From NCBI GenBank assembly GCA_965368975.1, contig CBDUPA010000027.1, positions 1 through 64,000 of the forward strand: a stretch of DNA of 64,000 nucleotides, written 5' to 3'. The notes beneath the pieces were generated by a model. The model did not search any database and had not been told where the DNA came from. It saw only the letters and a list, made by a program, of their open reading frames with translations. Positions 9,651 through 22,550 of the stretch are shown piece by piece. The position numbers and the translations under genes are program-made. The DNA is from an uncultured bacterium (lineage in GTDB: Bacteria; Acidobacteriota; Thermoanaerobaculia; Multivoradales; JAHZIX01). How positions within the stretch are numbered: the first letter of the stretch is position 1; the number at the start of each line of letters is the position of its first letter.

Positions 9651-10459
9651 GCGTCAAGATCAACGAAGATGGATCGCGGTCCGTGCAGGTGGAAGTCGAA
9701 GTGCCGGGAACCCCGGAGCAAGTATGGCAGGCGATCGCGACCGGACCGGGAGTGTCGTCCTGGTTCGTGCCGACCCAGATCGAAGAGCGCGAAGGCGGCA
9801 AGGTCGTGTCGAGCTTCGGTGAGGGCATGGACGAAACCGCCACCATCCAGGAGTGGCAACCGCCGCACCGCTTTGTTGCCGTGGGCAAGGAGTGGCCACC
9901 GGGAGCACCACCACTGGCGACGGAATGGGCGGTCGAAGCCCGCGACGGTGGACATTGCGTCGTGCGCGTCGTGCACAGCCTCTTTGCCAGCAGTGACGAG
10001 TGGGATAGCCAACTCGAGGGCACGGAGTCTGGATGGCCGTTCTTCTTCCGCATTCTACGCTTGGTGCTGACGCACTATCAGGGGCAGACGGTCGCTCCGT
10101 TGCAGATGATGGGGACGATCGAGAGCGACGGCGGGCAACTCTGGCAAGCTCTCAGCTCGGACCTCGGTCTCGAAGGCGCCAACGAAGGCGCATTCTTCCG
10201 GGCGCCCTCTGCTGTGCCGACACTGGCCGGCGAGGTGGATCTGGTAAAGACGGACGAGCATCGACAATTGCTGGCTCGCATCGACGAGCCGGCTCCTGGT
10301 TTCGCCACAGTGAGCGTGTGCGGTCCCTACGTCTCGTTTGGCCTCTACTTCTTCGGCGACGGCGCCGCGCAGGTGGTCGAGCGCGACGCACCGGCGTGGC
10401 GGCAGTGGTTCGGCCAGTACGTGCCAGCAGCAAAGCCGGCAGAAGGGGCGCCGGGCTGA
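9647..10459 (+). CDS. SRPBCC/AHSA1-domain protein (paralog 2, tandem duplicate)
   Basis: Near-identical N-terminus MSVKINEDG..; ATGA overlap at 9647-9650. Confidence 0.85.
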   Translation: MSVKINEDGSRSVQVEVEVPGTPEQVWQAIATGPGVSSWFVPTQIEEREGGKVVSSFGEGMDETATIQEWQPPHRFVAVGKEWPPGAPPLATEWAVEARDGGHCVVRVVHSLFASSDEWDSQLEGTESGWPFFFRILRLVLTHYQGQTVAPLQMMGTIESDGGQLWQALSSDLGLEGANEGAFFRAPSAVPTLAGEVDLVKTDEHRQLLARIDEPAPGFATVSVCGPYVSFGLYFFGDGAAQVVERDAPAWRQWFGQYVPAAKPAEGAPG

Positions 10460-10507
10460 TCTCCGGTCGGGTGAGAGTGCGGCGTCTGGGGCTGCCATAA
10501 TGGCCTC

Positions 10508-11641
10508 ATGATGCCGCACCGTCTCAGCTCGCCGCGTTTCTGGACCCTCTACGCCCTCGCCTGGCTGCCCTACCTGGGGCTGCTGACGCTGCTCTTCCTG
10601 GGTGAAGGTGGCGATCCGTGGCAGGGGCTGTGGTCAGCCTCGACCAACGTGCTACCGGCGGCGCTCTTGGGGGTCGCGGTGCTGGCAGGGTATCGACGCT
10701 GGCTGTGGCCGCTGCGCGAGCGTCAGGGGCGCTGGGGCTGGTGGCTGGTCGCCGGGGGCTTGGTGTACTCGGCGCTCTACGTGGCGGGGATGATCGGCAT
10801 CATGCTGCTCGAAGCGCTCTGGCTCGGTGGCGAGTTGCAGGTGCAGTGGATGTGGATGCCGTGGTGGGCGGCGACGGGACTGATGCTCTACACCATGTTG
10901 ATCGGCGTGGCACACGCACTGGTGGTGACCGGGGAGCTGCGCAGGGAGCGCGAGCGTCTGGTGCTGGCCGAGGCGGCGCGGGCGCAAGCGGAACTGGTGG
11001 CGTTGCGGGCACGGCTGGATCCGCACTTCTTGTTCAACACGTTGCACTCTCTCTTGGCACTGGTGCGGCAAGACCGACGACAGCAAGACCCAAGACAGGA
11101 CGAGACGAGCGCGGCCGAAGAAGCCCTGGAACAGTTCGGTGATTTGCTGCGCTACGCGCTGCGCGTGCAAACGGATGACCTGGACCGTGTGCCGCTGGCG
11201 TCGGAATGGCGGTTCGTGGAGAAGTACTTGGCGCTCGAACGGCTGCGCCTGGGTGACCGCCTGAAGCTGACGTGCTCGCTGGACGACGACGCCTTGGAGG
11301 TGCCGGTGCCGGTGTTCTGCTTGCAGCCGCTGGTGGAGAACGCGCTGCGGCACGCGGTGGCGCCGCGGGTGGAAGGCGGGTGCGTGACGCTGGAGGCGCG
11401 ACGTGTCGACGGCCGTTTGCGCTTGCGCGTCGCGGACGATGGGCCGGGAATGGACGTGGCGGAGGTCAGTGACGGTGCCGACGGGAATGGTTCCGAGGGC
11501 AAGGGCGTCGGGCTGGCCACGGTGCGGCGGCGGCTAGAGGTGCTGTATGCAGAGCGGGCGAGCTTCGAGGTCGCGTCGCGGCCGGGGCAGGGCTTCGAGG
11601 TGGTCCTGACACTGCCGGTGGACGACGAGGACGAGGCATGA
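10508..11641 (+). CDS. LytS/YehU-type sensor histidine kinase
   Basis: N-terminal TM helices, LRARLDPHFLFNTL, LQPLVENALRH, DDGPG, GVGL. Confidence 0.92.
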   Translation: MMPHRLSSPRFWTLYALAWLPYLGLLTLLFLGEGGDPWQGLWSASTNVLPAALLGVAVLAGYRRWLWPLRERQGRWGWWLVAGGLVYSALYVAGMIGIMLLEALWLGGELQVQWMWMPWWAATGLMLYTMLIGVAHALVVTGELRRERERLVLAEAARAQAELVALRARLDPHFLFNTLHSLLALVRQDRRQQDPRQDETSAAEEALEQFGDLLRYALRVQTDDLDRVPLASEWRFVEKYLALERLRLGDRLKLTCSLDDDALEVPVPVFCLQPLVENALRHAVAPRVEGGCVTLEARRVDGRLRLRVADDGPGMDVAEVSDGADGNGSEGKGVGLATVRRRLEVLYAERASFEVASRPGQGFEVVLTLPVDDEDEA

Positions 11642-11651
11642 AGGACGCCCG

Positions 11652-12446
11652 ATGAGCGATACCGCCCGCGTGCGTGCGTTGATCGTCGAGGACGAACCTC
11701 TCGCGCGGCAGGTGCTGCGCGAGGGGATGGCCGGAGTGGCGTGGCTGGAGTGCGTCGGCGAGGCGGCGGACGGCCGAACCGCGGTGTTGCGCATCGACGA
11801 ACTGCGGCCGGACCTGGTGTTTCTCGATGTCGAGATGCCGGAGCTGAACGGTTTGCAGGTTCTGGAGCGCATCGAGCATCGGCCGGCGGTGGTCTTCACC
11901 ACGGCCTACGATCATTACGCCGTTGCGGCCTTCGAGTTGGAGGCGCTGGACTACCTGCTCAAACCCTTCAGTCGCAAGCGCTTGCATGTGGCGCTGGAGC
12001 GCGTGCGCCGGCGCCTGGTGTTGGATGACGTACCGGCATCCAGCGCGGAATCGGACGTTGAGCGTGGACGCCGGGCACTGGCTGAAGGTGATGCGGCCGA
12101 GAGCAGTGCCGAGCGACCCCTGGAGCGTCTGTTTGCGCGCAAGGGCGAGCGTATCGTGCCCTTGACGGTGGCGTCGCTGGTGCGCTGCGAGGCGGCGGAC
12201 GATTATGTGCGTCTGCACACCGACGATGGCGCACGCTTCCTGGTGCACCTGACGCTGGCCGAACTAGAGCGGCGCCTGGATCCTAGGCGCTTCGTGCGTG
12301 TCCACCGCTCGCACCTGGTCAACCTCGACGCCTTGGCCGAGCTGCGACCGCACGACGAGCGACGTCTGCGGCTGACGCTGAGCGACGGCAGTACCGTGAT
12401 CGCCAGTCGCGATGCCTCGCGCAAGCTGCGCGAGCAGATCCTCTAG
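11652..12446 (+). CDS. LytTR-family response regulator
   Basis: Receiver domain (VEDE, FLDVEMP, LLKP) and LytTR domain (FVRVHRSHLVN). Confidence 0.93.
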   Translation: MSDTARVRALIVEDEPLARQVLREGMAGVAWLECVGEAADGRTAVLRIDELRPDLVFLDVEMPELNGLQVLERIEHRPAVVFTTAYDHYAVAAFELEALDYLLKPFSRKRLHVALERVRRRLVLDDVPASSAESDVERGRRALAEGDAAESSAERPLERLFARKGERIVPLTVASLVRCEAADDYVRLHTDDGARFLVHLTLAELERRLDPRRFVRVHRSHLVNLDALAELRPHDERRLRLTLSDGSTVIASRDASRKLREQIL

Positions 12447-12499
12447 CCGTTCACCGACGGCTTACGCCCCTTCGGATGGTGGCTCGTCCCGTTCACCGA
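12447..12499 (+). promoter_or_regulatory. LytTR-type triple direct repeat upstream of the DUF2911 gene
   Basis: CCGTTCACCGA (12447), CCCTTCGGATG (12468), CCGTTCACCGA (12489); 21-bp period. Confidence 0.75.
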
Positions 12500-12609
12500 A
12501 CGGCCCGAAGCATCCTCTCGCCGCGGCCGTATCTTGCTCGTGCAGTCCCGCGGAACGGTTCCGTGGGGCGGCACGACAGAAACGACATCGACGAAGAGAG
12601 GACACCACG

Positions 12610-13500
12610 ATGAGACATATCCTGCTCGCAGCCGCGCTGTTGTCGACGGTACTGATGCTGCTGCCGGCACCGATGACCGCCGCTGAACTGCCCTTCCCGC
12701 CGCGGCTCAGTCCGCCGGCCCAGGTGACCCAGGTCGTCGGTCTGACGGAGGTCAGCTTCCGTTTCGGCCGCCCGCGCGTCAACGACCGCAAGGTATGGGG
12801 CGAACTCGTGCCCTACGGCGAGATCTGGCGCACCGGTGCCGACAATGCGACGGTGGTAGAGCTGTCGACAGAGGTCGAGGTCGAGGGCAAGAAGCTGGCC
12901 GCCGGCCGCTACGCCTTGATGACCGTGCCGGCTTCCGACGGCGGCTGGACGCTGGTCTTCAACGGTCAACCGGACCAGTGGGGCGCCTTCAGCTACGCCG
13001 CGGAGCACGACGTGCTGCGTGTACCCGTCAAGGCACGCAAGGTCCCCAGTCACCAGGAAGCCTTCCAGATCGAGATCGCTGAGATCGCCGACAGCTCGAT
13101 GGACGTCGTGCTGAGCTGGGATCAGCTGGAGGTGCCGTTCACCGTGCAGGTGCCCGAAATCACCCACGAAGCGCTACTGGCTCGTGCCGAAGAGGTCATG
13201 GCCAGCCAACCGCACGGCTTCGTCCTCTGGGAGTGGGTCGGTGTCCTGCAGCAGCAAGGCGTCCAAGACGACCGCGTTGTCGCCTGGGCGGAGCAGCTCA
13301 CGGAAGCCGTCCCCAACTTCTTCACCCTCAGCCTGCGCGCCCAGGTTCTGGCCGCGCACGAGCAAGCCCCCAAGGCGATCGAGATCGGCCGTCAGGCGCT
13401 CGAAGTCGGTCGGAAGAACCTCGGTACCAACCAGTTCCTGACCGAGCAGGTGCTCGACGATTTCAGCGACACCATCGAAGGTTGGCAGCAAGCCGACTGA
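12610..13500 (+). CDS. DUF2911-domain secreted protein
   Basis: Signal peptide; SPPA.V.Q.VG.T, GRP...R.VWG.LVPYG.IWRTGA.NAT. Confidence 0.85.
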   Translation: MRHILLAAALLSTVLMLLPAPMTAAELPFPPRLSPPAQVTQVVGLTEVSFRFGRPRVNDRKVWGELVPYGEIWRTGADNATVVELSTEVEVEGKKLAAGRYALMTVPASDGGWTLVFNGQPDQWGAFSYAAEHDVLRVPVKARKVPSHQEAFQIEIAEIADSSMDVVLSWDQLEVPFTVQVPEITHEALLARAEEVMASQPHGFVLWEWVGVLQQQGVQDDRVVAWAEQLTEAVPNFFTLSLRAQVLAAHEQAPKAIEIGRQALEVGRKNLGTNQFLTEQVLDDFSDTIEGWQQAD

Positions 13501-13513
13501 CCCGTACTGAAGA

Positions 13514-13532
13514 GGGGGCTGGAACAGCCCCC
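13514..13532. terminator. GC hairpin between convergent genes (possible terminator)
   Basis: GGGGGCTG-GAA-CAGCCCCC; no clear U tract. Confidence 0.4.
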
Positions 13533-13587
13533 CTAACCCGCAATCACACTACATCCTGGCGCTCGGTACGCGCCAGGATGTCCACCG

Positions 13588-16053
<2,466 letters not shown>

Positions 16054-16168
16054 GATGAACTCCGATTGGTTCGTGCCTCGTGGCGTAGGTGCGTCGCCGA
16101 CGGCTGGGACCGCCGGAGTGGATCTTCTATGTTACTGACTTTTTTCGTGCGGGTGGGGAGAGATGCGA

Positions 16169-16948
16169 TCAGAAGCTGAGGCGAACGTAGGCGCTGGTCT
16201 TGTCCAGGTCGCCCGACTCGTAAGTGGCTCCGATGCCCAGGTTGCGCGACAGCTTGTACGTCACGGCGCCGCCGTAGACCGTCTCGTCGCCGAGTTCGAC
16301 GTTGCCTTCGGAGTCGATGGAGATCTCACTCAGCTGCTGTTCGGTAAAGCGGGCGTAGCCCATGAGCTCCAGCCGGGTACCGAGCATGAAGCGCAGGCCG
16401 GCTCGGTAGTCGAGACCGTTCTCGTCGACGCTCAGGCCCGCGAGGGTGAGGCCGCCACCGGCGTCGAAGGTGACGTCGATGCCGTCGAAGTTGAGATCCG
16501 TGCGCTCGTAGGCGACTTCGCCGAAGGCGTCGACGCCCGGAATCAGGCTGACGCGCAGGCCGATGCCCAGACGAGCGTACTTGGTCTCCAGCGGTGCGCC
16601 CGCGGCGACCGTCTGGCTGCCGTCGGTGAGCACGGTGTTGAGGTCGATGTCGACGCCCGAGATGTATTCGCCGGTGATGTAGACGTTGCGTAGCAGGAGC
16701 AGCGAACCGGCGAACCCATAGCCATCCCCGTCGTCGCCTTTCAGCGTCGTTGGTACCACACCGCCACTCTCGAAGAAGACGCCCAGGTCGCGGTTGATAT
16801 AGCGCAACTCGACATAGGAGTAGTCGATGCCCTGCGCCAGGGCCGGGCCGGCGCTCAGCAAGCACAGGGGCAGCAGGCAGAGTGTGGTCAGCAAGGCGGT
16901 GGCACGGATCGTGGGGCGCGTGGTCGAGCTAGTCATCGAGCTAATCAT
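16169..16948 (-). CDS. Outer-membrane beta-barrel protein
   Basis: Signal peptide (ALA|QG), alternating beta-strands, C-terminal YVRLSF. Confidence 0.75.
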   Translation of the reverse strand: MISSMTSSTTRPTIRATALLTTLCLLPLCLLSAGPALAQGIDYSYVELRYINRDLGVFFESGGVVPTTLKGDDGDGYGFAGSLLLLRNVYITGEYISGVDIDLNTVLTDGSQTVAAGAPLETKYARLGIGLRVSLIPGVDAFGEVAYERTDLNFDGIDVTFDAGGGLTLAGLSVDENGLDYRAGLRFMLGTRLELMGYARFTEQQLSEISIDSEGNVELGDETVYGGAVTYKLSRNLGIGATYESGDLDKTSAYVRLSF

Positions 16949-17053
16949 AAGGCGCAGTCTCCTCGGGTCGAGTCGTCGCGGTCGAATGGCGTCGGGCAGA
17001 TTGTACCCGAGGTGGGAGCCCCTTTGCCGAGAACTCGGCGCGACAATCCAGGA

Positions 17054-18355
17054 TCACGAGGGCTTCGCGGCCGCGCCGATGCAGCGCGCGCGCGCCTGCA
17101 GGAGTTGCAGGTTCAGCTGACTGAGCACCGTCGAGGTTACCGCCTGCTGGCGAACCGCGGTCTCGAAGAAGGTGAGCGCGGCGCGCGCCTCGCGGTGCAG
17201 CTCGAAGGAGCGTAGCAGCGGCACCGTCTGTGCGGTAATCACCTGCAACTCGTCGAGTCTGCCTTCCTGGTTGTAGAGCAGTGCCAGGTCCAAGCACACC
17301 ATGGCCGCGTCGTAGGTGACACCTGCCTCCTGGCACTGGTAGTGGGCCGCGCGCAGCAGGTTCTCGGCGTCTTGACGGTGGTCGAGACCGAGCGCGATGC
17401 GGCCGGCCAACCAGTCGACGACCAGTCCCAGCCGTGGCCACGACTCGAAGTGCTGGCGGTAGAGCGGCATGTCGTGCTGCAGATCTTGCTTGGCCTGGTG
17501 GAATTGTCCGGCGCCGCAGCGGTAGAGCGTCAGGTTGTGGCGGGCGCACAGGTAGAGACGTTCGTTCTGGCGTGGGTCCAGCTGTTCGAGGACGCGGTCG
17601 GTCAGCGCGATGGCGTTCTCGCAGTCATCGAGAAAGTAGTGGGTGTAGCCCAAGACCAGCATGTGCGCGACCGCAGCCGTCGAATTGCCCAGGATACGGA
17701 ACAGCCGGATGGCTCGCCGCAAGTGCCGGATGGCCTCGTCGAAGCGTCGCTGATCACGGCGCAGGGAACCGAGGAAGCCGTTGATCTCGGCCGCAGCGGT
17801 CAGGTCCGCGGGGCGCCAGGCCAGCTGCTGGACACGCTGGAATAGTGCCTCGGCACCCTGCAAATCGCCCAGCGCGCGCAGCGCATTGCCTTGGTGCGCG
17901 AGGGTCAGGGCGATCAGGTCAGGGTCGTCGCAGCAAGGGTCGAGTGCTTGCCCTGCGAGGCGGGCGCGGTACAGGGCCAGGTGCGGCATGCCCGGCAGGG
18001 CTTCGCGTGCCGCCTCGAGCATGACGTGCGCGAAGGCGCAGCCGCGGAAAGTACCGTCCTGGTGGGCTGCCGCGGCCATGAGTTGCTGCTCGGGTGGTAG
18101 CTCTTCGAGCCGCTGGCGCCATTCTTGGGCGAGCTCCTGATCGTGGTGGATGCGCTCGTGCTGGCGCAGCAGACGCTGACCGACGTTGTGGACGATGTCC
18201 GAATAGTCGAGCGCACTGCAGCGTGCCTGGAACTCGGCGACTGCCGTCAGGCACTCCGAACATTCTTCGATCGGGTGCTCCAACAGCTGTACGAAGGCAT
18301 CACTGTCGAGTTGACGTTGATAGAAAGCCCATAGCAGGTCGGCCGTGACGTGCAT
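17054..18355 (-). CDS. TPR-repeat protein with N-terminal H...CxxC motif
   Basis: LEHPIEECSEC followed by TPR-like helices (QGNALRALGDL..AE..F; LGSLRRDQRRFDEA); GGAGG before ATG 18355. Confidence 0.7.
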   Translation of the reverse strand: MHVTADLLWAFYQRQLDSDAFVQLLEHPIEECSECLTAVAEFQARCSALDYSDIVHNVGQRLLRQHERIHHDQELAQEWRQRLEELPPEQQLMAAAAHQDGTFRGCAFAHVMLEAAREALPGMPHLALYRARLAGQALDPCCDDPDLIALTLAHQGNALRALGDLQGAEALFQRVQQLAWRPADLTAAAEINGFLGSLRRDQRRFDEAIRHLRRAIRLFRILGNSTAAVAHMLVLGYTHYFLDDCENAIALTDRVLEQLDPRQNERLYLCARHNLTLYRCGAGQFHQAKQDLQHDMPLYRQHFESWPRLGLVVDWLAGRIALGLDHRQDAENLLRAAHYQCQEAGVTYDAAMVCLDLALLYNQEGRLDELQVITAQTVPLLRSFELHREARAALTFFETAVRQQAVTSTVLSQLNLQLLQARARCIGAAAKPS

Positions 18356-18901
18356 GTTAAGTATCTCCCTCCGGTCAGAAAACGGCCTATCGTCGTTGGA
18401 GTGCATCCAAAGGTACATTTCGGGACAAGGCGGAGGGTCGAAGTTCAAGAAGGACCCGCGCCGGTCAACCGACGCGGGTCCGGCCTAGGGAGGCCTACCG
18501 AGTGGAGTCAGCTGTCGATGCCTGCAAGAAGTCCGGTTGGATCGATCGGATTTCCGTTCGGGTCCAGGCCGGGGCCCAGAGACATCGCTCCACTCAGGTG
18601 TCTTGTACAGCCTCGGAACGAGGCCCTCCTTGCACTGGATTGCGTGGGTTGGCGGCAAGGTAGCTGAGTGGGGAACATGCCTAAACTCCTGCGAGCGGCA
18701 CCGAGCCACGCGGCTTTATGCCGGTAGCTGTCCGCTCTTCACAATGTACGGTGCATGAAAGGGCCAAGAATGGGGCAGGAGAAGTAGTTGTTGCCGTTGA
18801 GCATAGGTTGATGCAGTGCGAGAAGAGGGGGTGGATGTGTGCTGGAAAGCGAAGACTCGGGGCCGAAAGTCTCGCCCGGAGTGCGCTACCATAGAGCGTC
18901 T

Positions 18902-20782
18902 ATGCTGAGATTGGTTGCTTATGCCCCGGATGGTGTGCAGCGCTTCCCGCTGCACCGCGACGAGATGGTGATCGGAAGTGAGGCCGATTGCGATATTCGG
19001 TTGCCGTATACGGGCGTTTCGGGACGGCACGCGCGGCTGGTGCGGCGCGATGGAGAGCTGCGCGTGGAGGACCTGGGCAGCCGCAAGGGCGTGCAGGTGA
19101 GCGGCAAGCGGGTGCGCGAGGCGACGCTGGAGGTGCTCGACGAGATCCGCCTGGGTGGTGTGACGCTGCTGGTCGAGGACGTGGTGCCGGAGACGCCGCA
19201 GGCGGCGCCGGAGCCGGAAGTGCTGCCGGAGGTGGACATCACGCCGGCGTCGATGATCGAGCACCTGGCGCGCATCAGTGATTGGGTGCTGGCCGACGCC
19301 GAGAGTCGCACGACGCTGGAGTCGTTGGTCAGCGACCTGCTGCGCCGCTTCGGTGGCGGCGTGCTGTTCTTGTTCCAGGGCGAGGCCGAGAGCGCCGGCA
19401 TGAAGTTCGTGGTCACCAGCGAGGCGGCGTGGCTCAGCTGTGCCGAGGATTTGCTGGACCAAGTGGGTGAGAACTGGCAGTCGGACGCGCTCGGCACTTC
19501 CGGCGCTGAACTGGAAGGTCGCCTGGCGGGCAATCCGGCGTGGGTCTGCTGCCACCTGTACAAGGCGATGGAGCGCCGCTACTTCTTGGTCGTCGCGCTG
19601 CCACGCTACCGTCCCGATCTTTCGATTGCCGCCGAGCTGCGCACCGAGGGTGGCGAGACGGGCACTGAGGGTGGCGAGACCGGCAGCGAGGAGGGCCCGC
19701 CGGAGGCCTGGTCGCCGCGACGGGCGCTGCGCACGCTGGGCGATCTGCTGATTCTCGGCTTGGTGCATCACGTGGGCTGGTATGAGCCGATCCTGCCAGG
19801 CAAGGAGGGGCGCCAGAATCTGACGCTCGATCCGGGGCTGATCGTCGGTGAGTCGAAGGTGATGCAGCAGCTGGTGGAGCAGCTGAAGGCGGCGGTCGAC
19901 CCACCGGTGCAGGTGCTGCTGCGCGGTGAGCCGGGGGTGGGCAAAGAGCTGTTGGCGCGCTCACTGCACCTGTCGGGCAGTCGCCGGCACGGGCCGTTCG
20001 TCACCGCCGGCTGTGGCGGCGTCGAGCCGTTCCAGATCGAAGCTGATCTGTTCGGTGCCGAGATTCCGGGCAAGGAAGGGCCGGTGCGACGCCAGGGCAA
20101 GCTGCAGCTGGCCGACGGTGGCACGCTCTACTTGCAGGACGTCGATCAGCTACCGCTGGAGCTGCAGGCGCGCCTGGTGCGCTTCTTGCGCTCTTCGGAA
20201 GTCGAGCCGGCGGGCAGCCAGCAGGCGCAGAAGGTCAATGTGCGCCTGATCGCGTCGAGCCGTGGGCCGCTGGAGCCGCTGGTGGCCCGCGATCGTCTAC
20301 GCGTCGACCTGGCGTACCGACTGTCGCAGTTCGCCATTGACGTGCCGCGCCTGCGCGAGCGCAAGGAAGACCTGCCGCTGCTGATCCAGAGTTACATCAA
20401 CCGTTTCTGCCACGAGAGCAGCAAGCGAGTCCAGGGCATTACCGTCAAGGCGATGACGGCGCTGCTCAACTACGAGTACCCGGGCAACTTGACCGAGCTG
20501 GAAAACATCGGCCGGCAGTTGGTCAACCTGTGCCCGAATGGCCAGCCGATCGAGTCGAACCTCTTGCCGGAACGGGTGCGCGGCAGTGAACTGCGTGCCG
20601 CCGCGCGGGTCGACAGCACGACGGAACTGGATCTCGAACGCCTGGTTGCCGAGTGCGAGGGCGCGGCGATCCGCGAGGCGCTGCGGCGCAGCAATGGCAA
20701 CAAGTCTCAGGCGGCCCGCTTGCTGGGCCTGTCGCGCAACGGCCTGGCCATGAAGATGCAGCGCTATGGATTGCAAGGTTGA
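18902..20782 (+). CDS. FHA + sigma-54-interaction-like AAA+ + Fis HTH regulator (degenerate)
   Basis: FHA (IGS..CDI, VSGRHA, DLGSRKG), Walker A GEPGVGKE, NKSQAARLLGLSR HTH; GAFTGA loop absent. Confidence 0.85.
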   Translation: MLRLVAYAPDGVQRFPLHRDEMVIGSEADCDIRLPYTGVSGRHARLVRRDGELRVEDLGSRKGVQVSGKRVREATLEVLDEIRLGGVTLLVEDVVPETPQAAPEPEVLPEVDITPASMIEHLARISDWVLADAESRTTLESLVSDLLRRFGGGVLFLFQGEAESAGMKFVVTSEAAWLSCAEDLLDQVGENWQSDALGTSGAELEGRLAGNPAWVCCHLYKAMERRYFLVVALPRYRPDLSIAAELRTEGGETGTEGGETGSEEGPPEAWSPRRALRTLGDLLILGLVHHVGWYEPILPGKEGRQNLTLDPGLIVGESKVMQQLVEQLKAAVDPPVQVLLRGEPGVGKELLARSLHLSGSRRHGPFVTAGCGGVEPFQIEADLFGAEIPGKEGPVRRQGKLQLADGGTLYLQDVDQLPLELQARLVRFLRSSEVEPAGSQQAQKVNVRLIASSRGPLEPLVARDRLRVDLAYRLSQFAIDVPRLRERKEDLPLLIQSYINRFCHESSKRVQGITVKAMTALLNYEYPGNLTELENIGRQLVNLCPNGQPIESNLLPERVRGSELRAAARVDSTTELDLERLVAECEGAAIREALRRSNGNKSQAARLLGLSRNGLAMKMQRYGLQG

Positions 20783-20865
20783 GTTTCCTTCGGGCATAAA
20801 GTGACACCCGACGACGTTGGCGGGCTCAGTGCCTGCCTCGATTAGATAAGAGGAGAGCAGAAGTC

Positions 20866-22530
20866 ATGAGTCATCCGAGCCGTACCGTGCGTGCCCCCCG
20901 TGGGCTGGAGCTGAGTTGCCGAGGCTGGCAGCAGGAAGCCGCGCTGCGCATGCTGATGAACAACCTTGACCCGGACGTCGCCGAGCATCCCGAGGAACTG
21001 ATCGTCTACGGCGGTTCGGGCAAGGCAGCACGCAATTGGGCGTGCTTCGACGCTATCGTCGACACGCTGCGGCGCCTGGGACCGGAAGAGACGCTGCTGG
21101 TACAGAGCGGCAAGCCGGTGGCGGTGTTCCAGACGCACGCCGGCGCGCCGCGCGTGCTGATCGCCAACTCGCTGCTCGTCCCGCATTGGGCCACCGCCGA
21201 CGAGTTCCGCCGCTTGGAAGGTCTGGGCCTGACGATGTACGGCCAGATGACCGCCGGTTCGTGGATCTACATCGGCACGCAGGGCATCCTGCAGGGCACC
21301 TACGAGACGCTCGCCGAGTGTGCACGCCAGCACTTCGGCGGCAGCCTGCACAAGACGCTCACCGTCACAGCTGGGCTGGGCGGCATGGGCGGCGCGCAGC
21401 CGCTGGCGGTGACCATGAACCGCGGTGTCTGCCTGGCCGCCGAGGTCGACGCGACGCGCATCCAGCGGCGCCTCGATACGCGCTACCTGGACGAGCTGGC
21501 GCCGTCGATCGACGCTGGTATCGACCGCGCGCTGGCCGCCAAGGAAGCCGGCGAGGCGATTTCGGTGGCGGTCGAGGCCAATGCTGTCGACCTGCTCGAA
21601 CGGCTGCTCGAGCGCGGTGTCACCCCGGAGGCGTTGACCGATCAGACGTCGGCCCACGACGCGCTGCAGGGCTACGTGCCGCACGGCATGACCTACGCCG
21701 AGGCGCTGGAGCTGCGCGCCGCCGATGCGGACAGGTACATCGCCCGCTCCAAGGCGTCGATGGCCGCGCACATCCGCGCCATGCTGGCTCTGCAGGACCG
21801 CGGCGCCGTCACCTTCGACTACGGCAACAACCTGCGCGGCCAGGCGCTCGAAGAAGGGGTCGACAACGCCTTCGACATCGGCGGCTTCGTGCCCATGTTC
21901 ATCCGGCCGCTGTTCTGCCTCGGCAAGGGGCCGTTCCGCTGGGCTGTGCTGTCGGGGGACGAGGAGGACCTGCGGGTCACCGACGAGGCGATCCTCGAGC
22001 TGTTCCCCAACGACGAGCCGTTGCACCGCTGGATCCGCATGGCGCAGGAACGCGTCGCCTTCCAGGGCCTGCCGTGCCGCATCTGCTGGCTGGGCTACGG
22101 CGAGCGGGCCAGAGCGGGGGCCAAATTCAACGAGCTGGTGGCGTCGGGCAAGGTGTCGGCGCCGATCGTCATCGGTCGTGATCATCTGGACTGCGGCTCG
22201 GTGGCCTCGCCCAACCGTGAAACCGAGGGCATGCTCGACGGCTCCGACGCCATCGGCGACTGGCCCATCCTCAACGCGTTGCTCAACGCCGTCAACGGCG
22301 CCACCTGGGTCAGCGTCCACCACGGTGGCGGCGTCGGCATCGGCTACTCGCTGCATGCCGGTATGGTGTCGGTCGCCGATGGTACGCCGGAAGCGGCGGC
22401 CCGCCTGCAGCGGGTGCTCACCGGCGATCCGGGCATGGGCGTGGTCCGTCATGTCGATGCCGGCTACGACGACGCCATCACGTGCGCCCGTGAGCACGGC
22501 GTCGACGTGCCGATGCTGGATCGCGACTAG
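20866..22530 (+). CDS. hutU: Urocanate hydratase
   Basis: [54 protein letters not shown]. Confidence 0.97.
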   Translation: MSHPSRTVRAPRGLELSCRGWQQEAALRMLMNNLDPDVAEHPEELIVYGGSGKAARNWACFDAIVDTLRRLGPEETLLVQSGKPVAVFQTHAGAPRVLIANSLLVPHWATADEFRRLEGLGLTMYGQMTAGSWIYIGTQGILQGTYETLAECARQHFGGSLHKTLTVTAGLGGMGGAQPLAVTMNRGVCLAAEVDATRIQRRLDTRYLDELAPSIDAGIDRALAAKEAGEAISVAVEANAVDLLERLLERGVTPEALTDQTSAHDALQGYVPHGMTYAEALELRAADADRYIARSKASMAAHIRAMLALQDRGAVTFDYGNNLRGQALEEGVDNAFDIGGFVPMFIRPLFCLGKGPFRWAVLSGDEEDLRVTDEAILELFPNDEPLHRWIRMAQERVAFQGLPCRICWLGYGERARAGAKFNELVASGKVSAPIVIGRDHLDCGSVASPNRETEGMLDGSDAIGDWPILNALLNAVNGATWVSVHHGGGVGIGYSLHAGMVSVADGTPEAAARLQRVLTGDPGMGVVRHVDAGYDDAITCAREHGVDVPMLDRD

Positions 22531-22550
22531 AGCGAGCGAGTCATGACGCC

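Noticed and set aside
18360-18900. ncRNA or riboswitch in the long intergenic region
   Set aside because: I could not recognise any conserved riboswitch or tRNA motif. An Rfam/Infernal scan would be needed.
20866-22530. Complete histidine-utilisation operon
   Set aside because: Only hutU is present; hutH/I/G are not in the window.
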